Positions 39,752 to 48,959 of a DNA stretch of 64,000 nucleotides are shown piece after piece. A model generated the notes under the pieces. It made no database searches. It saw only the letters and a list, made by a program, of their open reading frames with translations, and was not told the DNA's origin. The translations under genes and the position numbers were made by a program. The stretch covers positions 96,001 through 160,000 of IMG/VR virus record IMGVR_UViG_3300028832_000097; one strand, written 5' to 3'. The DNA is from a virus (Duplodnaviria; Caudoviricetes). Each line of letters begins with the position of its first letter. Positions within the stretch are counted from its first letter, which is position 1.

Positions 39752-40319
39752 GTAGCACCTGATTGAATAATGATTTAGTATCTACACCTACAGCATGGAA
39801 TTTTTCAGAAAGCGAATTCCATTTGATTATTTCGTAAGTGTAAGAATCTTGAAAATTACCTCTTCGATCTTTAAACACATGTATGTTTACAAGTTTTCTA
39901 CAAGAAGTTAATGCATCTCTACTTATTCGATTCAATATACTATCGTAGAATCTCACAGCTGGATTGTTACTTATTGCGCGAAATTCAATTCTATGTATAT
40001 TTTGATCTTGTAAGTCTTTCATTACTTGTAATATTGCACTAGTTATTGCAGATGAGGGTGTATCTGCTAGTGAAATAAGTCCGAAATTATATGCACCATT
40101 AGAATAGTAATCAATTGTATATCCGATGTACCCAACTAACTTATCTGCATTATCAACAATTGCATATTGAAATCTACCTAGTGTATCGTCGTTTTCACCT
40201 ATACAATAGAATCTACCATCACAGATACATCCATTGTAATATAACATCTTATCAGAATATCTAAGTCGATCAAATGCTTTTGTTAGTTCCTCTTTATAAC
40301 ATATCGCAGGTATAATCAT
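39726..40319 (-). CDS. GNAT-like acetyltransferase
   Basis: QYAIVD..KLVGYIGY, IHRIEF..ISNNPA..FYD. Confidence 0.6.
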   Translation of the reverse strand: MIIPAICYKEELTKAFDRLRYSDKMLYYNGCICDGRFYCIGENDDTLGRFQYAIVDNADKLVGYIGYTIDYYSNGAYNFGLISLADTPSSAITSAILQVMKDLQDQNIHRIEFRAISNNPAVRFYDSILNRISRDALTSCRKLVNIHVFKDRRGNFQDSYTYEIIKWNSLSEKFHAVGVDTKSLFNQVLHDNLDEAE

Positions 40320-40528
40320 ACACTACCTCTTTGCTGTTTGATAGAATACAATGTTAGCACTTCTGAATTTGCAATACCTTTTGCAATCTCGCGAGCTACA
40401 CCCTTAGATGTGTACACAAGTGCATTATTGATATTTGAGGTATATTCATACTTATTCATTGGATCATTGGAGTTTATCTTAGATAGATATTGTTCCTTAT
40501 TGATTTTCTTTATTACTGCGTCCATCAC
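40316..40528 (-). CDS. Hypothetical protein
   Basis: Short coupled ORF with GGAGG SD. Confidence 0.5.
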   Translation of the reverse strand: MMDAVIKKINKEQYLSKINSNDPMNKYEYTSNINNALVYTSKGVAREIAKGIANSEVLTLYSIKQQRGSV

Positions 40529-40543
40529 TACCTCCAGATCTAC

Positions 40544-41425
40544 TCAATTGTTGAGAAACTTAGACAGATCCATGAACGTATCAAAATCAAGGTTGAGATA
40601 CAATTCACGCAACTTACTTTCCGAAATCTTGCCCTTATTCATTATCATAAGATATGTATCTGCATCAATCTTTCCATATAAAGATTTCATGAGTGTGGTC
40701 AAAGCTCGATTACTTGTGCTCGACTTCTTCGGTGCAGGATTGACCTTTATTTCTGGGAGTTCAATAGCTGCAGTATCATCTATACTAACCAGCTTCTTAG
40801 GTTTCTTGTGCTCAATGTGATGATACTGTTCATAGCCTATCTGAAACTCTTCTGCAGCTTGAGAATATGGTATATGAAAATAATCTGCAAACATCTGTGT
40901 AATTTCTTTAGGAGGTCTATTCTTTCCGGAAATGTACTTTATTACTGTAGATTTCTCCTTGCCAATGTACTTTGCAAAATCTGTAGCAGTCACATTGTTA
41001 TCATTGAATCTTTGACGCCACGCAGTAATGTGTTTAATTTTATGAGATGTTTTATCTTCTAATGCAACTGCCTTTTTATTATGCTTCTTTATTACTTTGT
41101 GATCCAATAAAACTGGATCATAAGATGTGTAATCAGGATTAGATGTAGAATTTTTCTTAATCATTTCCTGCTTATGCGTTGCTTGATAGGACATGTATCC
41201 ATTATAGAATTCTGATTTACCTTCTAAGAAAGATACATCGAAAAGCTCACATATCTTTTCAATTACATGATCTTTAGGCATAAGTTTACCCGTAAAATAG
41301 TTGCCCAGCGATCCTCTAGGAATTCCGGTCTTCTCTGCAATCTCAACTATTCTGAGGTTTCGCTCTACTCGCAAATTACTCCAATAGTTATTATGATATG
41401 AAGCGGTGTGGATTGTTTTCTGCAT
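40544..41425 (-). CDS. Protein with two XRE-type HTH domains
   Basis: EIAEKTGIPRGSLGNYFTGKLMP and DFAKYIGKEKSTVIKYISGKNRP; C-terminus related to 38930 ORF (LYGKI/VYGKV). Confidence 0.75.
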   Translation of the reverse strand: MQKTIHTASYHNNYWSNLRVERNLRIVEIAEKTGIPRGSLGNYFTGKLMPKDHVIEKICELFDVSFLEGKSEFYNGYMSYQATHKQEMIKKNSTSNPDYTSYDPVLLDHKVIKKHNKKAVALEDKTSHKIKHITAWRQRFNDNNVTATDFAKYIGKEKSTVIKYISGKNRPPKEITQMFADYFHIPYSQAAEEFQIGYEQYHHIEHKKPKKLVSIDDTAAIELPEIKVNPAPKKSSTSNRALTTLMKSLYGKIDADTYLMIMNKGKISESKLRELYLNLDFDTFMDLSKFLNN

Positions 41426-41476
41426 GTTTTGATATCCTCCTTGAAAAATTAGATACATACATTAACGATCTTGATG

Positions 41477-42016
41477 CTAAATGATCCATTTATCTGTAGG
41501 TGTCATTCCTCCAAATCCCCAATCCTCATCAGAATTTTCTACTACCAATGAAAACCCGTTTCGAGTTAACACCTTTTCTGAACCCTTGTTTCCGGGAAGT
41601 GTGCTTGCAGATATTATTTCAATATCTGTATTTTGATACAGATAATCTACGAGTAACTTAACCGTCTTTGAAGCTAATCCTCTCCCCCAAAATTCTTCTA
41701 GCAATCTGTACCCTAGATGTACAATATGTAATTTTTCATCGTATCCATACAGTTCAGCAAGACCTACAAACGTGTGCCCACCATCAATGTATATCCCTAG
41801 AAACAAAGAATCATGTAATCTGTATGCTTCATTATACATGTATTTTATCACAACTTTAGGGTCTTCATACTGTTTTTCAAGTAAGAATGTAGGCAGATAC
41901 TTGTATATTTTTGCATTGTCCATCATTTTCTTTAGTGCTTCATGATCTTGCAAAGATACTTGCTGTAATGTCACATCATCACTGCGTATTATAGGTATAA
42001 TATTAAATAGCTTCAT
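41477..42016 (-). CDS. GNAT acetyltransferase, RimJ/RimL family
   Basis: LGYRLLEEFWGRGLAS, N..SEKVLTRNGF. Confidence 0.85.
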   Translation of the reverse strand: MKLFNIIPIIRSDDVTLQQVSLQDHEALKKMMDNAKIYKYLPTFLLEKQYEDPKVVIKYMYNEAYRLHDSLFLGIYIDGGHTFVGLAELYGYDEKLHIVHLGYRLLEEFWGRGLASKTVKLLVDYLYQNTDIEIISASTLPGNKGSEKVLTRNGFSLVVENSDEDWGFGGMTPTDKWII

Positions 42017-42046
42017 ATTTAATCACCTCCCGTATACACAATATAA

Positions 42047-42074
42047 CGACCCAACTAAATTAAGTTGAGTCGTC
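42047..42074 (-). terminator. Hairpin (probable terminator) overlapping a promoter motif
   Basis: acgacccaact...agttgagtcgt inverted repeat after the 42112 stop. Confidence 0.45.
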
Positions 42075-42111
42075 ATGGCCTATGCAATAAAGAAAGTAAG
42101 TTTGATATCAA

Positions 42112-43062
42112 CTATTGTTCAATGTACTGCTGAATATCTTGAATTACATTTTTGATAGAAGTGCGTTCGGAAGTTCTATTGCCAGTATAAGTTGTAGTAC
42201 CTCCGCCTTCATCTGTATGTACAACTAATTCATAATCAATAGGCTCTTCGCTATCAGGGAAGAGTGTTAGGTGTTCAACTTCACTCCACTGTCTTCCGTT
42301 ACGGTCCCAATGTGCCCCGCTAGTACGCTTTCCAAAATGTACCGGAATATCATTATTGATAAAATACATGAGAAGCTGTTTAGGTGCCCAGCAAGATTTT
42401 TCCTCAAAAGTGAACAATCCCCTAGAATCTGGTAAATCGTAATTCTTTTCAAACTCCGTACGTGTGTCAGCATACTGTGGATCTGCAGCTACTCGTCTAC
42501 TTATTGCATTAAATGTATCTTCTTTATCGTTTGTCCAGCTCCACCCAAAACTATTATTCTTCTTACATGCAGTTGATAATTCTCCCCAATCAAGTAACTT
42601 GGAAGCGTAGTAGTAAGTAAGCAACTTATTTTCATCTTTGATAGCTTTTACATTTACTTTGCTACCTCTATCACGATAATCTTTGAGTTTATCCAACACA
42701 GCTTTTGAAGGCTTGTAGAGGTCAATATCGATTTCACCTAATTCAGCATTGTAGTCATCTTCAGCTTGCTTAGATTCTGCTTCGTAAGCTTCTTTAAACT
42801 TATTCATGTCGATATAGAAATATAAATCACCATGTTTAGGCTCTATGTACTTACCGCCAGCACTGCGAATTCTAGATTTAAGATCTGCAATTTCTTCAGG
42901 ATCTAACGTATAGTACGTTCTTGTAATATAAAAATTATGTTTGCCAGATGAAGTGTTCACCAGTTTATACTTATCGGACCATCTAGATATGCCGAGCTTA
43001 CTATATAGTCGATCCATAGGTTGTTCAACATATCGCTTGCTTGCTACAATGTATCTTTTCAT
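42112..43062 (-). CDS. Hypothetical protein with MKRYI leader
   Basis: Starts MKRYIVAS; GGAGG SD. Confidence 0.65.
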   Translation of the reverse strand: MKRYIVASKRYVEQPMDRLYSKLGISRWSDKYKLVNTSSGKHNFYITRTYYTLDPEEIADLKSRIRSAGGKYIEPKHGDLYFYIDMNKFKEAYEAESKQAEDDYNAELGEIDIDLYKPSKAVLDKLKDYRDRGSKVNVKAIKDENKLLTYYYASKLLDWGELSTACKKNNSFGWSWTNDKEDTFNAISRRVAADPQYADTRTEFEKNYDLPDSRGLFTFEEKSCWAPKQLLMYFINNDIPVHFGKRTSGAHWDRNGRQWSEVEHLTLFPDSEEPIDYELVVHTDEGGGTTTYTGNRTSERTSIKNVIQDIQQYIEQ

Positions 43063-43075
43063 GAAATAATCCTCC

Positions 43076-43612
43076 TTACATATTTACAGGAATGATACGT
43101 ACCCAAAGTTTATTATCATTATTGTTTGCGCGAACCCAATCACAATAAGCTCGTTGTATCTTCTTAGGTGCATCCCAGATAGAATCATATTTATCCACGA
43201 GACCTAAATCGCGGATCCACATTTTGTAACTAGTTTCAAAATCATCTCCTGCATCGTTCCAGCGTGCATCATCCCATTGAAGGATTTCATCGTCATATAA
43301 TTCATCTTCAAATACAGCGATTTCAATGCTAGGAGCCCACATATCATTGTCCTTACCTTGGATAGATAAGTCAGCTTCGTCGCTTCTTTGCCATTTATCT
43401 ACAATGTAATCCTTAGATTCTAATGAATATTTGATCTGATTGATAACATTATCAATAAGTTGATCTGTGATATCTTCTTTGATGGTTAACAGATATTCTT
43501 CTTCATGTGTATATTTTTCAATTCCAAGAATATGGAGATACTTTCTAAGATTGGGAAGTATCACAGTTTTCCACAATTTTGTATATCGCTGCCATGTAGG
43601 ATATATTGCCAT
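43076..43612 (-). CDS. Hypothetical protein
   Basis: ORF; start moved to MAIY after GGAGG. Confidence 0.55.
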   Translation of the reverse strand: MAIYPTWQRYTKLWKTVILPNLRKYLHILGIEKYTHEEEYLLTIKEDITDQLIDNVINQIKYSLESKDYIVDKWQRSDEADLSIQGKDNDMWAPSIEIAVFEDELYDDEILQWDDARWNDAGDDFETSYKMWIRDLGLVDKYDSIWDAPKKIQRAYCDWVRANNNDNKLWVRIIPVNM

Positions 43613-43628
43613 AGTACTTGCCCCTCCC

Positions 43629-43862
43629 TTAGTTATCAATTTCTGGTGCTAAATATATAGGTAACCGCAGTTTCTTAACTGCAGCGATTTCACTAGTTGA
43701 TAACGCTGTGTATGCACCGACGTATCCAAATTCATACTCCATGTATGCTCGGAATTCATTTTCTGTTCCTTGGATGAATATAGGTTTTTTGAACCCGTTT
43801 TCTATATAAGTGACCATCCAAACTTCTTCAATCTGATCATTTCTAATTACGTAATTATCCAT
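43629..43862 (-). CDS. Hypothetical protein
   Basis: ORF; start moved to MDNY. Confidence 0.5.
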   Translation of the reverse strand: MDNYVIRNDQIEEVWMVTYIENGFKKPIFIQGTENEFRAYMEYEFGYVGAYTALSTSEIAAVKKLRLPIYLAPEIDN

Positions 43863-43866
43863 ATTA

Positions 43867-44223
43867 TCACCAAAGATCAAATGCATTGGAAACCGCGGTT
43901 TCTGCAGTTTCAGGTTCTGCAGCTTCTCTGCCCTCTCCAAGTACATAAACAGTACCTACGTCTATGAATTCATATCCAAATTCTTCCAATGCATCTTCGA
44001 AAGATTCTACACATACATATTGCACAATCTCTTCATAATCGAGTGTTCCCGTATGTGGAATTTCTTGCAGCCAGCCCTGTTTGTCGGAATAATCTCTATT
44101 CACATAATCGTAGATAGCAACAGGTACTAATGTCCAAACTAGATAACTGTCCATATCTTTATGTACGAATCTAGGTTCCATGCTGAATGAATATAAAACA
44201 CTTCCATCGCTTATTAGCTTCAT
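43867..44223 (-). CDS. Hypothetical protein
   Basis: ORF; start moved to MKLI after AAGGAGG. Confidence 0.55.
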   Translation of the reverse strand: MKLISDGSVLYSFSMEPRFVHKDMDSYLVWTLVPVAIYDYVNRDYSDKQGWLQEIPHTGTLDYEEIVQYVCVESFEDALEEFGYEFIDVGTVYVLGEGREAAEPETAETAVSNAFDLW

Positions 44224-44246
44224 ATTGCCCTCCTTCAATATAGATT

Positions 44247-44663
44247 TTATTTATTTATGATAGGTCTATCCTCATGAAACTTAACACCGTTGAATGTTTC
44301 ATTGATATTATGCATTACTTTTGCTAAAGATAATAAAGTATCTTCGTCTAGTTCATCATAAATATGAAGTTTCCATCCGTCGCGAGTCCATGAAATATCA
44401 TAATGATTGCCTGATTTAGTTGTATACAGGCTGTAAAATCCTAAAAGTTGTCCGTTATCAGCTACGCCCACTGAGTCTATATCAGAAAGTTTTAAGTTGC
44501 TTCCAGCAAGACACCTGTTAACCATTTTTACTATGTTTTCTAGCGTATTATATGGACGGTTGTATCGACTATAATTATCTATGTAACAAGCGCCCTGAGA
44601 CCTTACCGCATCGTCATTTGCTTTGATGCATTTACTAGGATATTTTGTAAGTTTCTTTATCAT
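44247..44663 (-). CDS. Hypothetical protein (basic leader ending IKAN)
   Basis: AAGGAGG SD; MIKKLTKYPSKCIKAN. Confidence 0.55.
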   Translation of the reverse strand: MIKKLTKYPSKCIKANDDAVRSQGACYIDNYSRYNRPYNTLENIVKMVNRCLAGSNLKLSDIDSVGVADNGQLLGFYSLYTTKSGNHYDISWTRDGWKLHIYDELDEDTLLSLAKVMHNINETFNGVKFHEDRPIINK

Positions 44664-44780
44664 GTTGCCCTCCTTATATTAGCTGTAACTAAATGTAGAA
44701 ATTTACATTCGATTATCAGTTTATCGCTTTCTAGATCCACACCCCACATATTGCATCGAGTTGTATAAAACACCTTAGGT

Positions 44781-44972
44781 TCACACTCTTTCAAAATATA
44801 TTCTAAATTTGTCCCTGCCTTCTGCATATATTGCAGTTATTGAGGACGATGCAATTTCAGGATCTAATACGGCATCATCGCTGTATCGTTCTCCGGTATC
44901 TGCATCTATGAATTCAAACATACCTGCAGCTAATTGGTTGAACTCATCTACTGTTAAAATGATTGTGTTCAT
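44781..44972 (-). CDS. Hypothetical protein
   Basis: Short ORF with AGGAG SD. Confidence 0.5.
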   Translation of the reverse strand: MNTIILTVDEFNQLAAGMFEFIDADTGERYSDDAVLDPEIASSSITAIYAEGRDKFRIYFERV

Positions 44973-44981
44973 GAATTTCTC

Positions 44982-45347
44982 CTATATCCCGTTTTTCAAT
45001 TTTGTTTTCTTATCGCCAGTTAATTTTGCATATATGAAGTTGTTTCTAATATATTGATGAAAAAAGTGGCCCTTCGAGGGAGCTGCAACTAATCTGCGAT
45101 ACAATGCAGTAGGTACATCATAGTAGACATATATATCATCTGGACCACCTAAAGCACCTTTGAATTGTATATATAAATCCCCATACTGCATCTTAGGGTC
45201 TTTTACATTCATAGCATAACTCCACATGTTTGAAGAGCGGACCCTAACCATGTTTTTAGTTATGTCTTTAGAAGAAATGGCTGCAGTAATTTTACTGCGA
45301 TAACTAACTGGTGCAAATGTAACTGATGCGATTTCAGGATATTTCAT
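44982..45347 (-). CDS. KTSC domain protein
   Basis: VRSSN...LYIQFK...YVYYDVP..LY..LVAAPSKGHFFHQYIR. Confidence 0.85.
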   Translation of the reverse strand: MKYPEIASVTFAPVSYRSKITAAISSKDITKNMVRVRSSNMWSYAMNVKDPKMQYGDLYIQFKGALGGPDDIYVYYDVPTALYRRLVAAPSKGHFFHQYIRNNFIYAKLTGDKKTKLKNGI

Positions 45348-45348
45348 A

Positions 45349-45645
45349 TTATTGATTTCTTAATGTTGTTTTAGCATCGCTGATTGCTTGCATTGTTTCT
45401 TCAGAAGTAGAGGAAAGTAAATAATCATAAATGTACTCCAGACCTTCCCAATCACGTCCAAGCTGTTCTGCACATTCAAGAACACCAAAAAGCCATGCAG
45501 ACTTCTTATCATCTATTATTTTAGTTAGTTTACCTAACATCACGAATTCTGATCTATCACCTTTACAATGCTGGATTGCTTCTACCATGTTAGATATATC
45601 GCCATTATTCGGAAATACAGAGGCGGATGTGATTACTCGTTTCAT
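45349..45645 (-). CDS. Hypothetical protein with MKRVI leader
   Basis: Starts MKRVITSAS; AAGGAG SD. Confidence 0.6.
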   Translation of the reverse strand: MKRVITSASVFPNNGDISNMVEAIQHCKGDRSEFVMLGKLTKIIDDKKSAWLFGVLECAEQLGRDWEGLEYIYDYLLSSTSEETMQAISDAKTTLRNQ

Positions 45646-45690
45646 AGTGTGCTCCTTGTATCATGATTATACAGATATATATAAGGTGAA

Positions 45691-46065
45691 TCAATCTTTA
45701 CACTCCCACGGAAACACAATCCACTTATCAGATTTTTCAGAAACGTAGAAATCAGGTTTTACTAATGCGCCTTCTTTGTAATACATTGTAGCAATTATGT
45801 AGTCAGGTTTGGAGTGTCCTGAGGCATTATTTGCATAATGAAGCAATGTTTCTCCAGAATCACAGATATCATCTATTATGATACAGCCGCTGCAAGGCGC
45901 TGCAAGTAAGGGCACATTCATTCTATGGGAAAGTATTACAGCAAATATGAGCCCGCCACGAGCAGGCCCGTATACACCGGTAATATCAGCATCTTTATAT
46001 TTTCTTGCAACTTGATCACAAAATGATTCTACTTCACTCCACTGAACATATTCTTTGTTGGCCAT
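45691..46065 (-). CDS. Purine phosphoribosyltransferase (Gpt-like, type I PRTase)
   Basis: VYGPARGGL..A..LSH, IIIDDICDSGETL (PRPP loop), WIVFPWE. Confidence 0.88.
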   Translation of the reverse strand: MANKEYVQWSEVESFCDQVARKYKDADITGVYGPARGGLIFAVILSHRMNVPLLAAPCSGCIIIDDICDSGETLLHYANNASGHSKPDYIIATMYYKEGALVKPDFYVSEKSDKWIVFPWECKD

Positions 46066-46209
46066 GTTTAATCCTCCGAATCTATTGATTTTGCAATAAC
46101 AATGTTGCCGTTACAATCAGTAACGATTTTATAATAATCTTGACAGAAAACCAATGAACTTTAGTTCATTGGATGAATGTCGATATAATGCCACCGTCTA
46201 AACGGTGGC

Positions 46210-46623
46210 TTATTTCTTGCCTTGATTTTCAATGTAGTATTGTAGAGTTTGTGAACTTACTTCTCCTATAGATGCTATAAAGTACCCATCTGACCAAAAG
46301 GTGCGTTCGTGCCAGAAGCATTTAGATAGATATGGTTCATACTTCTCCCAAATATGATACGTTGTGTACTGCTTCAAACCTCTAACAAAATCCGACAAAT
46401 TGATATTCGGAGTTGTTTCTATCATATAGTGAATATGGTCTTTATCAGTTTCCATATACTTAATTTTGACATCGTGCTTGTTAGCAATTTCTTCTGACAG
46501 TTTCTTAATGTCTGAAGATACATTGTTACCCCCAAGCAATTTTCTTCTGTACTTGCATACAAAAATTAAGTGATATCTTAATAGAAATTTACATCTGTTT
46601 TTAGAAACATACTCATTACTCAT
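46210..46623 (-). CDS. tnpA: IS200-family HUH (Y1) transposase
   Basis: YHLIFVCKYRR, DKDHIH, FWSDGYF, YYIENQG. Confidence 0.95.
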   Translation of the reverse strand: MSNEYVSKNRCKFLLRYHLIFVCKYRRKLLGGNNVSSDIKKLSEEIANKHDVKIKYMETDKDHIHYMIETTPNINLSDFVRGLKQYTTYHIWEKYEPYLSKCFWHERTFWSDGYFIASIGEVSSQTLQYYIENQGKK

Positions 46624-46726
46624 ATTTCTATATAAGGTTGTAATTAGTTTAGATTTAATATATAATTAGGATATATTAAATAACCTTATATGTATGTGAG
46701 GTTAAATCTATAGAAAGGAGAATGAT

Positions 46727-47992
46727 ATGTCAACTTATGCAGTACAAAGTAATGTCATTCGGGGATTATCCAAGAAGCAGTATGCCTTGCTTAAAGAAAT
46801 GTGTCGATATTCCAATAGTCTGTATAATGTTGCTCTTTACAATATAAGACAACATTATTTTGATACTAAGATGTTTTTGACCTATGAAAGTAATTACCAC
46901 GAATGTAAGACCAATGAAAGTTACAAGTTACTGCAAGCAGGGGTGGCTCAACAAACTATGAAAGTTGTTGACCGCAGTTTTAAGTCATTTTTCAACTTGT
47001 TGAAAAAGTGTAAGGTTGGAGATTATCGCTACCATGATGTAAAGATACCTCATTATAGAAAATCAGGTGGATTATTTAATTTAGTGCTTTCTACTAATGC
47101 GATTATTATTCGTGGTGATTATCTGATGCTCCCTATGAGTAGAGAGTTTAGGGCATTACATCCTGAGGTTAAAGAGATTGCAATACCGTTTCCTAAAAGG
47201 CTTTCAGATAAAACTATTAAAGAAGTTCGTATCTTGCCTTGCAGTAATGGTAGAGTATTCAAAATTCAGTATGCGTATGAAGTAGCAGAAGAACCGATAA
47301 ATCTGAATAAGGACAATGTAATTTCAATTGACATCGGAATAGATAATTTGGCAACTTGCGTTCCCACCATTGGGACACCATTCATTATGGATGGTCGTAA
47401 ACTTAAATCAATCAATCACCAGTGGAATAAAGAAATAGCAAGACTTCGCTCAATATCTATGAAACAGGGTTTGAAAACTACTAATCGTATTCAGAAAATC
47501 ACCGCTAAACGCAACAATCAAGTGAATGACTGCATCAAGAAGACTGCACGATATATTATTGACTATTGTATAACAAATGATATAGGTTCGCTTGTTGTCG
47601 GGTATAATGCTGATTTCAAGAGAAATTCCAATATTGGTAAAGTCAATAACCAGAATTTCGTTCAGATACCTCTTGGAGATTTGAGAAATCAGTTAAGTTT
47701 TCTTTGTTGGAAGTATGGTATTGACTACATCGAACAAGAAGAAGCCTATACATCTAAAAGCAGTTTCCTTGACAAAGATGTATTGCCTAAATACAAGCCT
47801 GAACAACCATATAAAGGCAAGTTTAGCGGTAAAAGAATATGCCGTGGATTGTATTGTTCTGCAAATGGTACAATCGTTAATGCGGATGTAAACGGTGCGG
47901 CAAACATAATGAGAAAATGTAAGCAGAATGTCGATTTCGACAAACTGTGTCTAGGGCTTTTGGCGAGTCCTGCAAGAATAAGGCTCTCGTAG
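46727..47992 (+). CDS. tnpB: TnpB RNA-guided endonuclease
   Basis: RuvC residues present: IDIGIDN, QEEAYTSK, NADVNGAANI; N-terminal LYNVALY HTH. Confidence 0.93.
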   Translation: MSTYAVQSNVIRGLSKKQYALLKEMCRYSNSLYNVALYNIRQHYFDTKMFLTYESNYHECKTNESYKLLQAGVAQQTMKVVDRSFKSFFNLLKKCKVGDYRYHDVKIPHYRKSGGLFNLVLSTNAIIIRGDYLMLPMSREFRALHPEVKEIAIPFPKRLSDKTIKEVRILPCSNGRVFKIQYAYEVAEEPINLNKDNVISIDIGIDNLATCVPTIGTPFIMDGRKLKSINHQWNKEIARLRSISMKQGLKTTNRIQKITAKRNNQVNDCIKKTARYIIDYCITNDIGSLVVGYNADFKRNSNIGKVNNQNFVQIPLGDLRNQLSFLCWKYGIDYIEQEEAYTSKSSFLDKDVLPKYKPEQPYKGKFSGKRICRGLYCSANGTIVNADVNGAANIMRKCKQNVDFDKLCLGLLASPARIRLS

Positions 47993-48959
47993 CAAACTTC
48001 TTGCGAATCCCATTGGCTTTAGCCGATGGGTACGTCAATATCTCGGATTGCTAATCTTAAGTATTCCGAATCTCGTCCAATGTAGTTTGCAGCTTTTGAA
48101 ATTGAAGCAAATGTTTGTACAGCACCGTCTGCACATGTTATCCTACATCTATGCGCATAACAGCGCTTTTTCTTACATTTTGCAATATATTCTACATATG
48201 TTCTATTGTCTCTATCATATCTATAGAATTTGTGTGCAACATCTAATATAGGCCAATTATTCATTATGCAATTTGACACATACCCTTGTGGCATATTTAA
48301 GAATCTATCACATTGCCAAAAACTTGCAAACTCGTGTTCTACATCATCTACAACAAGCTTGCATCGATTTTTATTTGCAGGATCTGGTCTGATATATTTG
48401 ATCCAGTTCTTATCAACCTCTGTGTATACTTCAACAACTTCACCACTTGTAGATGTAATTCTATATCCACGACTGATACATTCTGAAACATAATCTTCAT
48501 ATCGCCCTAAGTAATGACTTGCGACCTTTTGACTATTGAATATATGTTCACCAGAGGTGTCAAGTATTTTAACTCGGACACCGTGACCTTCCTGATTGTT
48601 ATCAAAAGCAGACATCCAGCAAAGATTCTCAATTCTGTTATCTAGTTTGTTGTGATTCTTATGATGCACAGTAGGATTGCACATATGTGCAGGAGGATCT
48701 CCAGCAAATTTAAGCAATACAATGATATGTACCCTTATATTCAATGTTTTACCATCTTTTCGAGGTAACCCAACTTCGTAGTATCCATCATCGGTAATGT
48801 GCGGTTTAAGTATATGATTATTTAGGTTTCTGATAGTACCACAATTAGATATTTCATATGTTGAATTTAGCTGTACATTTCGAATTTCTTGAAATGAAAC
48901 CCAAAGTTCTTTGGGTTGATCTATAGGACATGAAATAGATATTAGAGGTCTGGTGCGTT

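Larger units (their letters stand above)
46133..48038 (+). mobile_element. IS200/IS605-family insertion sequence (divergent tnpA + tnpB), inserted 3' of TTTAT
   Basis: Left hairpin CCAATGAAC-TTTA-GTTCATTGG; right hairpin GAAT-CCCATTGGC-TTTA-GCCGATGGG ending TCAA; no TSD. Confidence 0.9.

Noticed and set aside
46140-46144. TTGAC as the IS target/left boundary
   Set aside because: It also restores the HNH frame, but GACA pairs with TGTC beyond the left hairpin (so it is inside the IS); guide rules and repeat register favour TTTAT at 46128-46132
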